From: Gemmatimonadota bacterium
Lineage (GTDB): Bacteria > Gemmatimonadota > Gemmatimonadetes > Palauibacterales > Palauibacteraceae
Reading direction: 5' to 3'
DNA: 64,000 nucleotides
Assembly: GCA_046758745.1 (NCBI GenBank)
Contig: JBHIAV010000005.1
Coordinates: forward strand, 32,001 to 96,000
Positions 1-8,152 of the stretch are shown here, one piece after another; position 1 is the stretch's first letter; each line of letters opens with the position of its first letter. The position numbers and the translations under genes are program-made. The notes below the pieces were generated by a model that had not been told where the DNA came from, ran no database searches, and saw only the letters and a list, made by a program, of their open reading frames with translations.

Positions 1-1628
1 TAGATGTGCCAGTGCTGCCGGATGCCGCTCCGCGCGAAGCCCATCAGCCCCATCAGCCAGGTGAAGGTGACCGCGAGGATGAAGAGCGCGTACTGCGAGC
101 GGGCCGGCATGTGGCCCCAGCGGATGGCGCCGCGCGATTCCGCCCCGCGCATGAGCGCGATGTCGATGAAGACGACGAAGAGGATCGCGGCCAGCACGGC
201 GAGCACCTGGTAGACGCTGAACCCGATGCGCACGATCGCGGTGACGAAGTAGCCGTACACACCGTAGAAGACGACCACCGCCGTCGCGGCGGCCAGCGCG
301 ATCCCCTGCGTGATCGTCCCCGTCCGTGCCCAGCTCACCACCGGGGTCTTGTTGGCCCGCCGGTACAGCATGAAGGAAAGGAAGGTGGTGAGGATCATCA
401 GGTTCACCGCGGTGTTCTTGGCGCTCATCACGCCGAGCACGCCGAGGAAGGGATGGTGCGTCCCTCCCATCGCCGCGATCTCGTCGCGGGTCGCGATCAT
501 GGTGTGCGGGGTAGCCCACACGATCACGCCGAGGACCAGGAGGAGGAGCATCCACTTCACGTACTTCGTGAACCGCTCGGCCCCCGGGATCCTCCCCATG
601 CCGATCCACAGGTAGTAGTTGCCGGCCAAGAAGAGCACCCCGATGAGGAAGGCCTGGACGATCCACAGCCAGCTCATGAAGCCGCCCATCATCGTGATGC
701 CGAGCTGCTCGTTGAACTCGTAGACCTCCCGGCCCAGGTAGTAGCCGGCGAACGGGAGGACGATGAGGGCTCCGATGGCGATGAAGTTCCCCACGTAGCC
801 CATCCAGTCGTAGTGCGCCCGCTCCTCGTCGGTACGGGCGGCGAGGAAGCGGTAGGCGGCGTACGCGCCCACAATGGCCCCGCCGAACACCACGTTGGCG
901 ATGAGCCGGTGGATGTTGATCGGCATCCAGGTGGCGTTGGCGATGGCGCTCCACGTCTGCACGGTGGCCGGGGCCGTGTCCGGTGTCGCCTCGGCGGGCG
1001 GGCTCATCATGTAGGTGAGCCATCCGTTGGCGATGAACATCACCACCGTGCCCCACACGTTGAGCAGGATCCCGAGGCTCCAGTGCCACGCCTTGGCCCG
1101 CCCCGCCTTCCACCGCTCCCACCCGTAGTAGTACAGGTACAGGGTGAACGACTCCAGGAAGAAGAGCCCGACGTACAGCCACATCGAGGGTCCGAAGACG
1201 GCCGTCATGTATGCCCAGAAGACGGGGTACAGGGTCGAGAGGAAGAAGACGAGGATGGCGCCCCAGATCGCCGTGGCGCTGTAGGCGATGAGGAGGAGGC
1301 GGGTGAACTCCCTGGCCAGCCGGTCGTATCTGTCGTCCTTGCCGAAGATCCCGATCGCCTCCACCACCACCGCGAACATCGGAACCCCGAGCACGAAGGC
1401 CGCGAACATGAGGTGCACCTCGGCCGCGATCCACACCGCTCCGCGCGCGCCCACGATCGGGAAGTCTCCGTACGCCCGGACCGCCTCCTGCGCGACGAGC
1501 GGATCGGCCGCGAGCAGCAGCCCGGCGGCGATCGCCCCTCCGACGCCGAAGGCGCGTCTCCCGACCCTCCTACCAGCCGCAGCGGGCGCCCGCACGCGCC
1601 GCGTGCCGAGGCGGGGGGATCTTCTCAC
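1..1628 (-). CDS. Cytochrome bd-like oxidase subunit I (CydA superfamily, non-canonical Nitrospira/OR-N-like); runs off the window edge
   Basis: Not in the ORF track because it has no stop in the window. Manual translation from GTG at 1628, which overlaps the upstream TGA, gives a polytopic membrane protein with EVHLMFAAFVLGVPMFA, FFLESFTLYLYYYGW, WMPINIHRLIAN, GTHHPFLG and RSGIRQHWHI. Confidence 0.85.
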   Translation of the reverse strand, partial: MRRSPRLGTRRVRAPAAAGRRVGRRAFGVGGAIAAGLLLAADPLVAQEAVRAYGDFPIVGARGAVWIAAEVHLMFAAFVLGVPMFAVVVEAIGIFGKDDRYDRLAREFTRLLLIAYSATAIWGAILVFFLSTLYPVFWAYMTAVFGPSMWLYVGLFFLESFTLYLYYYGWERWKAGRAKAWHWSLGILLNVWGTVVMFIANGWLTYMMSPPAEATPDTAPATVQTWSAIANATWMPINIHRLIANVVFGGAIVGAYAAYRFLAARTDEERAHYDWMGYVGNFIAIGALIVLPFAGYYLGREVYEFNEQLGITMMGGFMSWLWIVQAFLIGVLFLAGNYYLWIGMGRIPGAERFTKYVKWMLLLLVLGVIVWATPHTMIATRDEIAAMGGTHHPFLGVLGVMSAKNTAVNLMILTTFLSFMLYRRANKTPVVSWARTGTITQGIALAAATAVVVFYGVYGYFVTAIVRIGFSVYQVLAVLAAILFVVFIDIALMRGAESRGAIRWGHMPARSQYALFILAVTFTWLMGLMGFARSGIRQHWHI

Positions 1629-2986
1629 GATCGGTCCCTGCCTCCGGCGAAGAACGGGAGGCGACGCGAGAAGTCGATCGGCATCTCCGAGCGAATCCTC
1701 TCCATGAGCTCCGGCGTGACGCGGGCGTGCCCCTTCCGGCGGGCGTACGCCTCGACCCGGCTCACCACGACACCCCGCACGAAGGAGGGGATCCGGGCGA
1801 GCCGCGCCTCGGCCTCCGGCGTCCACTCCAGCTCCGGGAGCTGCGCCATGCCGTACAGCACCGCGCGCCGAGGCTCCACCACCGGGAGGTCGCCGGCGGG
1901 CTCGTACGCGCAGGAGGGATCCTCGGCCAGGAAGTCCCCGTCCCGCGCGAAGGCGCGTGCCCGGCACCCGCCGCACACCTTCCGGTACTCGCACCTTCCG
2001 CACTTCCCCCCCAGCTCCCCCTCGCGCAGGAGGCGGAAGAGGGGAGCCGAGCGCCACACCTCCGCGAACCCCTCCGACCGCAGGTCGCCGGCCACGGCCG
2101 GAAGGTAAGGGCAGGGCGTAAGCTTCCCCTCGGGAGTGATCCGGCAGTACTGCACGCCGCATGGGCAGCGGGTGCCGTAGTTGAGGAGAGGCGACTCGGG
2201 GTCGGACTCCCATGCGTGACGCATGATCTGCGGCTGGCACTTCGAGCGGACGAGCATCCGGCCCCGGTATCTCCGCTCCAGGATGACGAGGCCGCGCAGG
2301 ACCTCCTCGTTCTCGACCGGAGCGAGGCCCCGCATCCCCTCACCCCGACCGGTCTGGACCAGGAAGTACACGTTGAACGACACGGCCCCCGCATCGGCGG
2401 CCCACTCGGCCAGTGCGGGTATCTCGTCCCGATTCCCTCGCGTGACCGTCGTCTGGACGATGAAGTCGAGGCGCGCATTCCTCAGCCGTTCCACCGCCCC
2501 CAGCGTCTCCTCCAGCGCTCCGGATCCGTGCCGGAAGCGGTCGTGGTAGCGAGGGTTCAGCGAGTCGACGCTGATCGCCGCCCCGCTCACTCCGGCCTCC
2601 TGCAGGGACTCGATTCGCTCCACGGTCAGCCGCGTGCCGTTCGTCCCGACGACCACCGTGGCGCCCCCCTTGTGGGCGTGTGAGGCGATCGCCTCCAGGT
2701 CGTCGCGGAGGAGGGGCTCGCCCCCGCTGAGGATCAGCAGGGGAGCGGGGTTCAAGGCGAGGATCTCTTCGATGATGCGGAAGCACTCCCCCGTCGTGAG
2801 CTCTCCCTCCGCGGAGTGCCACGTTCCGGCGGAGATATAGCAATGCGCGCACGCGAGATTGCAGCGACGGGTGACGTTCCACGCCACCACGTGGGGAAGG
2901 TAGCCGTCGCCGGCAGCCGGCCGTGCCCCCGGACGCGCCGCCACGAGGGCCTCCGGCCACTCGGGTGCGCCGGCCGGCCCGCTCAC
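1625..2986 (-). CDS. Radical SAM/SPASM protein (AhbD/NirJ-like) with C-terminal PCP_red-like domain
   Basis: WNVTRRCNLACAHCY (CxxxCxxC), SGGEPLLR, SPASM cysteines CPCG..YC..PCPY..KCGRCEYRKVCGGCRARA..DPSC; tail WTPEAEARLARIPSFVRG. Confidence 0.88.
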   Translation of the reverse strand: MSGPAGAPEWPEALVAARPGARPAAGDGYLPHVVAWNVTRRCNLACAHCYISAGTWHSAEGELTTGECFRIIEEILALNPAPLLILSGGEPLLRDDLEAIASHAHKGGATVVVGTNGTRLTVERIESLQEAGVSGAAISVDSLNPRYHDRFRHGSGALEETLGAVERLRNARLDFIVQTTVTRGNRDEIPALAEWAADAGAVSFNVYFLVQTGRGEGMRGLAPVENEEVLRGLVILERRYRGRMLVRSKCQPQIMRHAWESDPESPLLNYGTRCPCGVQYCRITPEGKLTPCPYLPAVAGDLRSEGFAEVWRSAPLFRLLREGELGGKCGRCEYRKVCGGCRARAFARDGDFLAEDPSCAYEPAGDLPVVEPRRAVLYGMAQLPELEWTPEAEARLARIPSFVRGVVVSRVEAYARRKGHARVTPELMERIRSEMPIDFSRRLPFFAGGRDRS

Positions 2987-3098
2987 GTCGCCCTGGACAC
3001 CCGCACCGGAGGCACCGCGACCCTACCCGGCCGCGCGCCGGGGTGGCTCCATGACGCGGAGGGCCCGGCACGGCTGTGTGGGATCGGAGCTCCCCTCA

Positions 3099-5108
3099 CT
3101 ACTCGCCCATCGGCCCGGGAACGTCGGCCTCCTTCCTCATCAGCTCCTCGACGGCGCGCCTCGCCTCCTCGGGGGTGGCCGTCTTGAAGTCCACCGGACA
3201 GCGCTCCACCTGACGCTCGATGTCGCGGATCGGGCAGCGCGTTACCCCCGCCGCCTTCGCCTCATCGATGAACTTCCGCATCTCGGGACTCACCCCATCC
3301 AGTCCCGCCGCCTCCGCCCGCGCCTGCTTCGCCTTGAGCTCGTTGAACATCACGAGCATGGTGTCCATGTCGAACTCGTCGGCTTCGATCATCGCCTGCT
3401 TGTTGTCGTCCATCACCATCGTGGTGACACGCCACATGCCGTGGCGCCGGGCAAAGCGCTCCACCGTGTTGCGGGCGAGAGGGCGCGCGATGAGCGGGAC
3501 CTGGCGGAGACGGTCGTACGCCTCGTGCGTCCACACGACCGGGTCTTCCTCGGTCCGCTCGCGCACGGTGGCGTGTCCGGAATAGGGGCACTTCGTCTCC
3601 ACGGGTCGGGGCGACTCGAAGACGTCCGCGTCGTGCGTCTCCACGACGGTGCGCTTCATCGCCTCCTCCGCCTTCACCTCGGCCAGGGCGAGCTCCTCGG
3701 CATCACCGACACCCATGATGAGCTGCATGTGGGTGGGGAGTAGCCTGCGGATCGCTCGGTCCAGCCACTCGTTCGTGACGGTCGGCAGTTCGGGCGGCGT
3801 GTGCTCCACATTCTCGAGAACGAACTCCTCGACCGCCTTTCGGGCGATCCCGAGCGCAAAGGGAGGGACCCGAAGGATTCGCACCTCGGCCTCCGGCGCC
3901 CACTCCAGACCGGTCTCGCCGTCTTCCTCGATCCATGGGATCTCGTCGGGTCGCACGTCCGTCGTCCCGATGAGGAGCACGCTGCACGGCGCGAGGCGGA
4001 TCAGGTTCTCGGCCTGCGACCCCATCTCCGTGCCGTCGACGCGGTGCGCCCCGTGTCGGGCCAGCACCAGCAGAGTCGGCTCGACCTCCTCGGCCCACTG
4101 GAGCACCACCTGGAAGGGCTTCCCGATGAGGATCTGCGTCGCGAGCTTGACGTCCGGGTACTCCTTCGCCATCGCCTCGGCCCGCTTGAGGTTGGCCTGG
4201 CAGAGACGGAGCAGACCCTTGTCGATGATGTTGTTGTGCAGCTCCTCCTGCTCCTCGAACTTGAAGACCTTCGAGGCCTGCACGGAGAGGACGTCCTTGA
4301 TGTTGTTGAAGACGACGTGGTGGTACTCGACGTCGAAGGCGCTGCACACGAAGAGCTTGGCCCCGAACTCTCGCGCCATCTCCAGCGCCATCCGCATCGC
4401 CTTGTAGCAGTAAGACGATCCATCAATGCACACCATCCACCGTCCGCCCTGTAGCGGCCGGTCGTCACGCACGATGAGGACATCCTTGTGCACCGAACGG
4501 ACCACGCGGGAGACCACGCCGCCGAGCTGCGAGTAGGGCTGACGTCCGATGCCGTGCGCCCCTATGGCCAGGAGGTCGTAGCGTCGCCCGGAAGAGCCGG
4601 CGAGCTTCCGCTCCGAGTCTTCTTCCTCCGCCACGAGGCGACCGGTCTCGCTGATCTTCACGTCGCTGCGAACGACGTCGCCGCCGTCGTATCGGGCGGC
4701 GATGTTCGGATCGAACCCGATGAGGCTCGGGAGCTGGCCGCGGCCCTCGTTCGCCTCCCGGATGATCTCCTCGAAGTTGATCCCCTCGAGGAGCTGCCGG
4801 GTGAGCGGCGCACCCGCCTCCGAGCAGCGCTGGGCGACCCGGTCCAGAAAGCTGTCCGCGATGAGCTGGAGACCCTTCTCGATCAGCTTGTCGTGAATCT
4901 TCCGCTGTCGCTTGATCTCCTCGGAAGTCTGGAAGCGAGCGGGGAGCCCGCTCTCCAGCTGGCGGAAGCGAATGTCGTGGAGCCGCGCTGCGTACACGTG
5001 GTTCGCCGTGATGCGGCCGCCCGACCGCGAGCACAGCTCGATCGCGCGCTCGAGGGCCCAATCAGAGTGGACCGAGTTGTCCACGGGAACGAGCAGCTCA
5101 CGGTACAT
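3099..5108 (-). CDS. Tandem universal stress protein (2x USP) with two PCP_red-like domains and a Cys-Pro-containing tail
   Basis: MYRELLVPVDNS..AL and LLAIGAHG..LGGVVSRVVR (USP1); WMVCIDGS and LLVLARHG..MGSQAENLIRLAPCSVLL (USP2). Start placed at ATG 5108 after a GAGG. Confidence 0.85.
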   Translation of the reverse strand: MYRELLVPVDNSVHSDWALERAIELCSRSGGRITANHVYAARLHDIRFRQLESGLPARFQTSEEIKRQRKIHDKLIEKGLQLIADSFLDRVAQRCSEAGAPLTRQLLEGINFEEIIREANEGRGQLPSLIGFDPNIAARYDGGDVVRSDVKISETGRLVAEEEDSERKLAGSSGRRYDLLAIGAHGIGRQPYSQLGGVVSRVVRSVHKDVLIVRDDRPLQGGRWMVCIDGSSYCYKAMRMALEMAREFGAKLFVCSAFDVEYHHVVFNNIKDVLSVQASKVFKFEEQEELHNNIIDKGLLRLCQANLKRAEAMAKEYPDVKLATQILIGKPFQVVLQWAEEVEPTLLVLARHGAHRVDGTEMGSQAENLIRLAPCSVLLIGTTDVRPDEIPWIEEDGETGLEWAPEAEVRILRVPPFALGIARKAVEEFVLENVEHTPPELPTVTNEWLDRAIRRLLPTHMQLIMGVGDAEELALAEVKAEEAMKRTVVETHDADVFESPRPVETKCPYSGHATVRERTEEDPVVWTHEAYDRLRQVPLIARPLARNTVERFARRHGMWRVTTMVMDDNKQAMIEADEFDMDTMLVMFNELKAKQARAEAAGLDGVSPEMRKFIDEAKAAGVTRCPIRDIERQVERCPVDFKTATPEEARRAVEELMRKEADVPGPMGE

Positions 5109-5423
5109 CGACACCTCGAATCCAGGGGTGCCGCCGCCCAAGTGGGAGCGCGGGAGGCGCCGGGCGTGCGGGAGGGGCGAGCCGCAGGGCCGGTGGTGAC
5201 GCGGCTCCGCCCGCGAAGCAGCGCGCGACGGTCTCGGAGCCGGATCTCCACCTCAGCCCCACGAGCCTCTCGACCCGTCGTTCCCGAGGCCCACTTCGAT
5301 TCCGGCGTAGGGCGCGCGCCGCGCGCGGCGGGCCCGCCTCTATCGGTGAGACGGGCCCCCGCCCGTCCCGAATTCGACTCGAAAGGAGCGCCTCTCCCCT
5401 GACCCGGGAGTGCGCTCGGCGTG

Positions 5424-5454
5424 AGTATATAGCCGCGGCGGCGACAGCTGTCAA
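5424..5454 (-). promoter_or_regulatory. Sigma70-like promoter upstream of the USP-rSAM-bd-like genes
   Basis: Minus strand TTGACA (5454-5449), 17 nt spacer, TATATA (overlapping TATACT). Confidence 0.65.
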
Positions 5455-5549
5455 ACGCCGCCAAACAGGCGCTCTCGAGGCGCGGACGACCCCCCGATCC
5501 ACCGCTCTCCGCGCCCGAGGAACGCTCTCGCCGGCGGGTTCGGATGGGC

Positions 5550-6302
5550 TCACGCAGCCGCTCCGGCGAGCCGGCGGGCGAGGGTCGGCGCCGCCGCGAG
5601 AACAAGCCCCGCCCCCAGCAGGACGACGGCGATGGGCCCGATCCACGAGGCGAGGGGACCGACCCCGCCGGTACCCGTCAGCGCCCGGGTGACCGCAGGG
5701 GACCCCGCCGAGACAGCGAGCAGGCCGTCGTGGAGCGGGCCGAATGGGCTGAGGTGTTCCACCGTCTCGGCCCATGTTCCGGGCCCGGCCGCGCGGAACA
5801 CCCCGCTCAGGTGGAGCGCGAAGAGCGACGCCGCCGCGCACGCGAGGGCGCCCTCGGCGAGCGAGCGCACGAGCGCCGCGATGACACTTCCGAGGAGGTT
5901 TCCGAAGAGAAGCGCGAGCAGCAGCCCCGCCGCGGCGCCGAGGCCCGGCGCCCACGAGGCTCCGGAGACCGCGAGCAGGATGAGGAGGAGGGGCAGGAGC
6001 TGGAGCGCGTCCAGGGCCGCCGCCGCGATCGTACGCTCGGCGAGCCAGGCGCGCTCGCCATACCCGGTCAGCCTCACTTTCTCCACCCAGCCGGACGCCC
6101 CCTCTCGCACGAGCGGGATGCAGCTCCCAAAGGTGGCGAAGAAGACGATGAAGACGCTGAACACGGCCGCCCGGTGCGGTGCGGCCGCCGGACTCGCCGC
6201 CACCGGGAGCAGAAGCGCGACGGGGACGATCACGTTCCAGGCGAAGAGTCGGCGACGCGTGAGGGCGATCCGCCACTCCAGGGCCCACACGCGCCCGATC
6301 AC
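5550..6302 (-). CDS. ABC-2 type transporter permease
   Basis: About six hydrophobic segments, VWALEWRIAL N-terminus and LSPF C-terminal motif; lies directly after an ABC ATPase. Start estimated at GTG 6302. Confidence 0.7.
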   Translation of the reverse strand: MIGRVWALEWRIALTRRRLFAWNVIVPVALLLPVAASPAAAPHRAAVFSVFIVFFATFGSCIPLVREGASGWVEKVRLTGYGERAWLAERTIAAAALDALQLLPLLLILLAVSGASWAPGLGAAAGLLLALLFGNLLGSVIAALVRSLAEGALACAAASLFALHLSGVFRAAGPGTWAETVEHLSPFGPLHDGLLAVSAGSPAVTRALTGTGGVGPLASWIGPIAVVLLGAGLVLAAAPTLARRLAGAAA

Positions 6303-6333
6303 GGGTGCTCCCTCCCCCGACCCTCTCTGTCCC

Positions 6334-7350
6334 TCACGGGCCGCCGCGAGCGGAGAGACCCGTCCCCCGCAGCGCCGTCTCGTCGGGGGCCGGGGCCGCC
6401 CCGTCGAGGGGAACCCCGGCCAGCTCCAGGAAGACGTCGGCAAGGTTCGGCTCGTGCACCCGAATGGAGCGGGGCTCGCACCCGGCCTCGAGCAGGCGTG
6501 CGCACAGCTCCGGGAGCGCGGCGCCCCCCGCGGGTGAAGCGAAGCGTGCTCCCTGCGGATACAGTGCCAGCGTCCGCACCTGCGGCTGCGGTTCGAAGCT
6601 CCTGCTCGGCATCTTTCCCGACACCTCGATCACGGTCTCCTTCGCCAGCCCGGCGATGAGGTCGCGGGGAGGGCCGTCCGCGATGAGCCTTCCGCCGTGC
6701 AGGAAAGCGACCCGGCTGCACGCCGTCTCCACGAACGCCGGATCGTTGGAGGCCACCAGGGCCGCCGCTCCTCTCGACGCCGCATCGGCCATGGCCGCTC
6801 GCAGCGCCGCCACGCCGAGGGGATCCAGCCCGAGCGTGGGCTCGTCGAGCAGGAGGAGGTCGGCTGATGCGGCCACCGCCTCTGCGAGGGCGAGACGGCG
6901 GCGCATCCCGTGCGAGTAGATCGATACCCTTTCCACAGCGCGGTCGGCGAGGCCGAAGTCGCGCAGCGCGCTATCCAGCGCACCGGCCGCTGCCTCGCCC
7001 CCGTGTCCCCTGAGGCCGAGCAGACGGAGAACGTTCTCGCGCCCCGGGAGGGATTCCTGAAACGGAGTGCGGTCGAAGACGACGGCAACCCGCCGGCGGA
7101 GGTGCGACGCCGAGTCGGAGGGCTCGTTCGGGAAGAGGCGTGCCGAGCCCTCGGCCGGAGGGAGCACCCCGGCTACGATGCGGAGAAGGGTCGTCTTCCC
7201 GGAGCCGTTCGGCCCCATCACTCCGAGGACTTCCCCGGCCGCCAGCTGGAGCGTCAGCCCCACCAGAACAGGCGGCCCGTCGGCGTAGCGGTGGCCCAGC
7301 CCGCACAGGGCCAGGACGGGTCCCACCGGGACGGACGGACCTGTCGTCAT
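6334..7350 (-). CDS. ABC transporter ATP-binding protein (exporter type)
   Basis: GPNGSGKTT, YSHGMRRR signature, LLLLDEPTLGLD, C-terminal PNLADVFLELAG. Confidence 0.88.
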   Translation of the reverse strand: MTTGPSVPVGPVLALCGLGHRYADGPPVLVGLTLQLAAGEVLGVMGPNGSGKTTLLRIVAGVLPPAEGSARLFPNEPSDSASHLRRRVAVVFDRTPFQESLPGRENVLRLLGLRGHGGEAAAGALDSALRDFGLADRAVERVSIYSHGMRRRLALAEAVAASADLLLLDEPTLGLDPLGVAALRAAMADAASRGAAALVASNDPAFVETACSRVAFLHGGRLIADGPPRDLIAGLAKETVIEVSGKMPSRSFEPQPQVRTLALYPQGARFASPAGGAALPELCARLLEAGCEPRSIRVHEPNLADVFLELAGVPLDGAAPAPDETALRGTGLSARGGP

Positions 7351-7706
7351 GGGACGAGCGTGTGACCGTCCTCGTCATACACGGTGATCGCGTCCACCGG
7401 ACAGGCGGCGCACGCCCGCAGGAGACGCTCTCGCCCCACCGCCTCCGGAGTCGTCAGCACCGCGATCTCTTCCGCGTCCAGCGCGAACGCCGCCGGCGCT
7501 TCGGCGATGCACTCCGCGAAGCCGACGCACAGGCCCCGGTCGATCGCCACGCGAAGCCTCCCGACCCGGCGGTCGCACCGCGCATCCGCGATGGCTTCCG
7601 GCATCCGGCCCGCAGCGAGGACCGGCGACTGTCCCGGCGCGGCCTCCTCCCGCCGGGCAGCCGCCGACCCGGCACCGCGAGGGGGAGGGGGGACGGATGC
7701 CGTCAC
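7347..7706 (-). CDS. Small single-cluster ferredoxin (3Fe-4S type)
   Basis: VAIDRGLCVGFAECIAEAPAAF...ACAACPVDAITV. Start uncertain (GTG 7706 or ATG 7604). Confidence 0.8.
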   Translation of the reverse strand: MTASVPPPPRGAGSAAARREEAAPGQSPVLAAGRMPEAIADARCDRRVGRLRVAIDRGLCVGFAECIAEAPAAFALDAEEIAVLTTPEAVGRERLLRACAACPVDAITVYDEDGHTLVP

Positions 7707-8152
7707 ATCCCCTCGAGGCCGAGCTCCCGACGTGCCCGATCCATGATGGCGGGAGTGATCTCGGCGATGCCCCGCTCCCTCGCATAGTCGATGTAGATGC
7801 GCTTTACCATCCCGCGCACGAAGGAGGGGACGGCCCCCAGCCGTTCGATCGCCTCCACGCTCCAGCGCACCGTGGCGGCCGACGGCTCGGGCGGTGCGGT
7901 ATCCGCGAACGCCTTCTCCCGGCCCTCCGCCAGAGAGCCCCGCACCATCTCGAAGGGCTGTTCGGGCACCGCACGCCCCCCGATCCGGACCCCGAGGGAG
8001 GCCACGAGCTGCGTCTCCATGGGGTTGGTCAGCAGTCCGACCCGGTGGTCGCACGACGGGCAGCGGAAGGCGGCCGCCAGCGTGCCGTCCCCCGGGAGGT
8101 CCCGCTCCTCGAACACCATCTGCTCGTCGCACTCCACGCACAGGAACTTCAC
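7703..8152 (-). CDS. Zn-ribbon plus PCP_red-like domain protein
   Basis: CVEC...CPSC at the N-terminus; C-terminal WSVEAIERLGAVPSFVRGMVKRIYIDYARERG. Confidence 0.8.
   Translation of the reverse strand: MKFLCVECDEQMVFEERDLPGDGTLAAAFRCPSCDHRVGLLTNPMETQLVASLGVRIGGRAVPEQPFEMVRGSLAEGREKAFADTAPPEPSAATVRWSVEAIERLGAVPSFVRGMVKRIYIDYARERGIAEITPAIMDRARRELGLEGM

Noticed and set aside
6-2108. 700-aa plus-strand ORF and similar long antisense ORFs (e.g. 10084-12159, 52257-53957, 58347-60860, 62165-63712)
   Set aside because: These are shadow ORFs of GC-rich genes on the opposite strand; they have no motifs and a skewed R/G/H/P composition.
1685-7870. Phototrophy inferred from the PCP_red domains
   Set aside because: Only the small accessory domain is present; there are no BchN/B/L catalytic domains or other bch/puf genes in the window.
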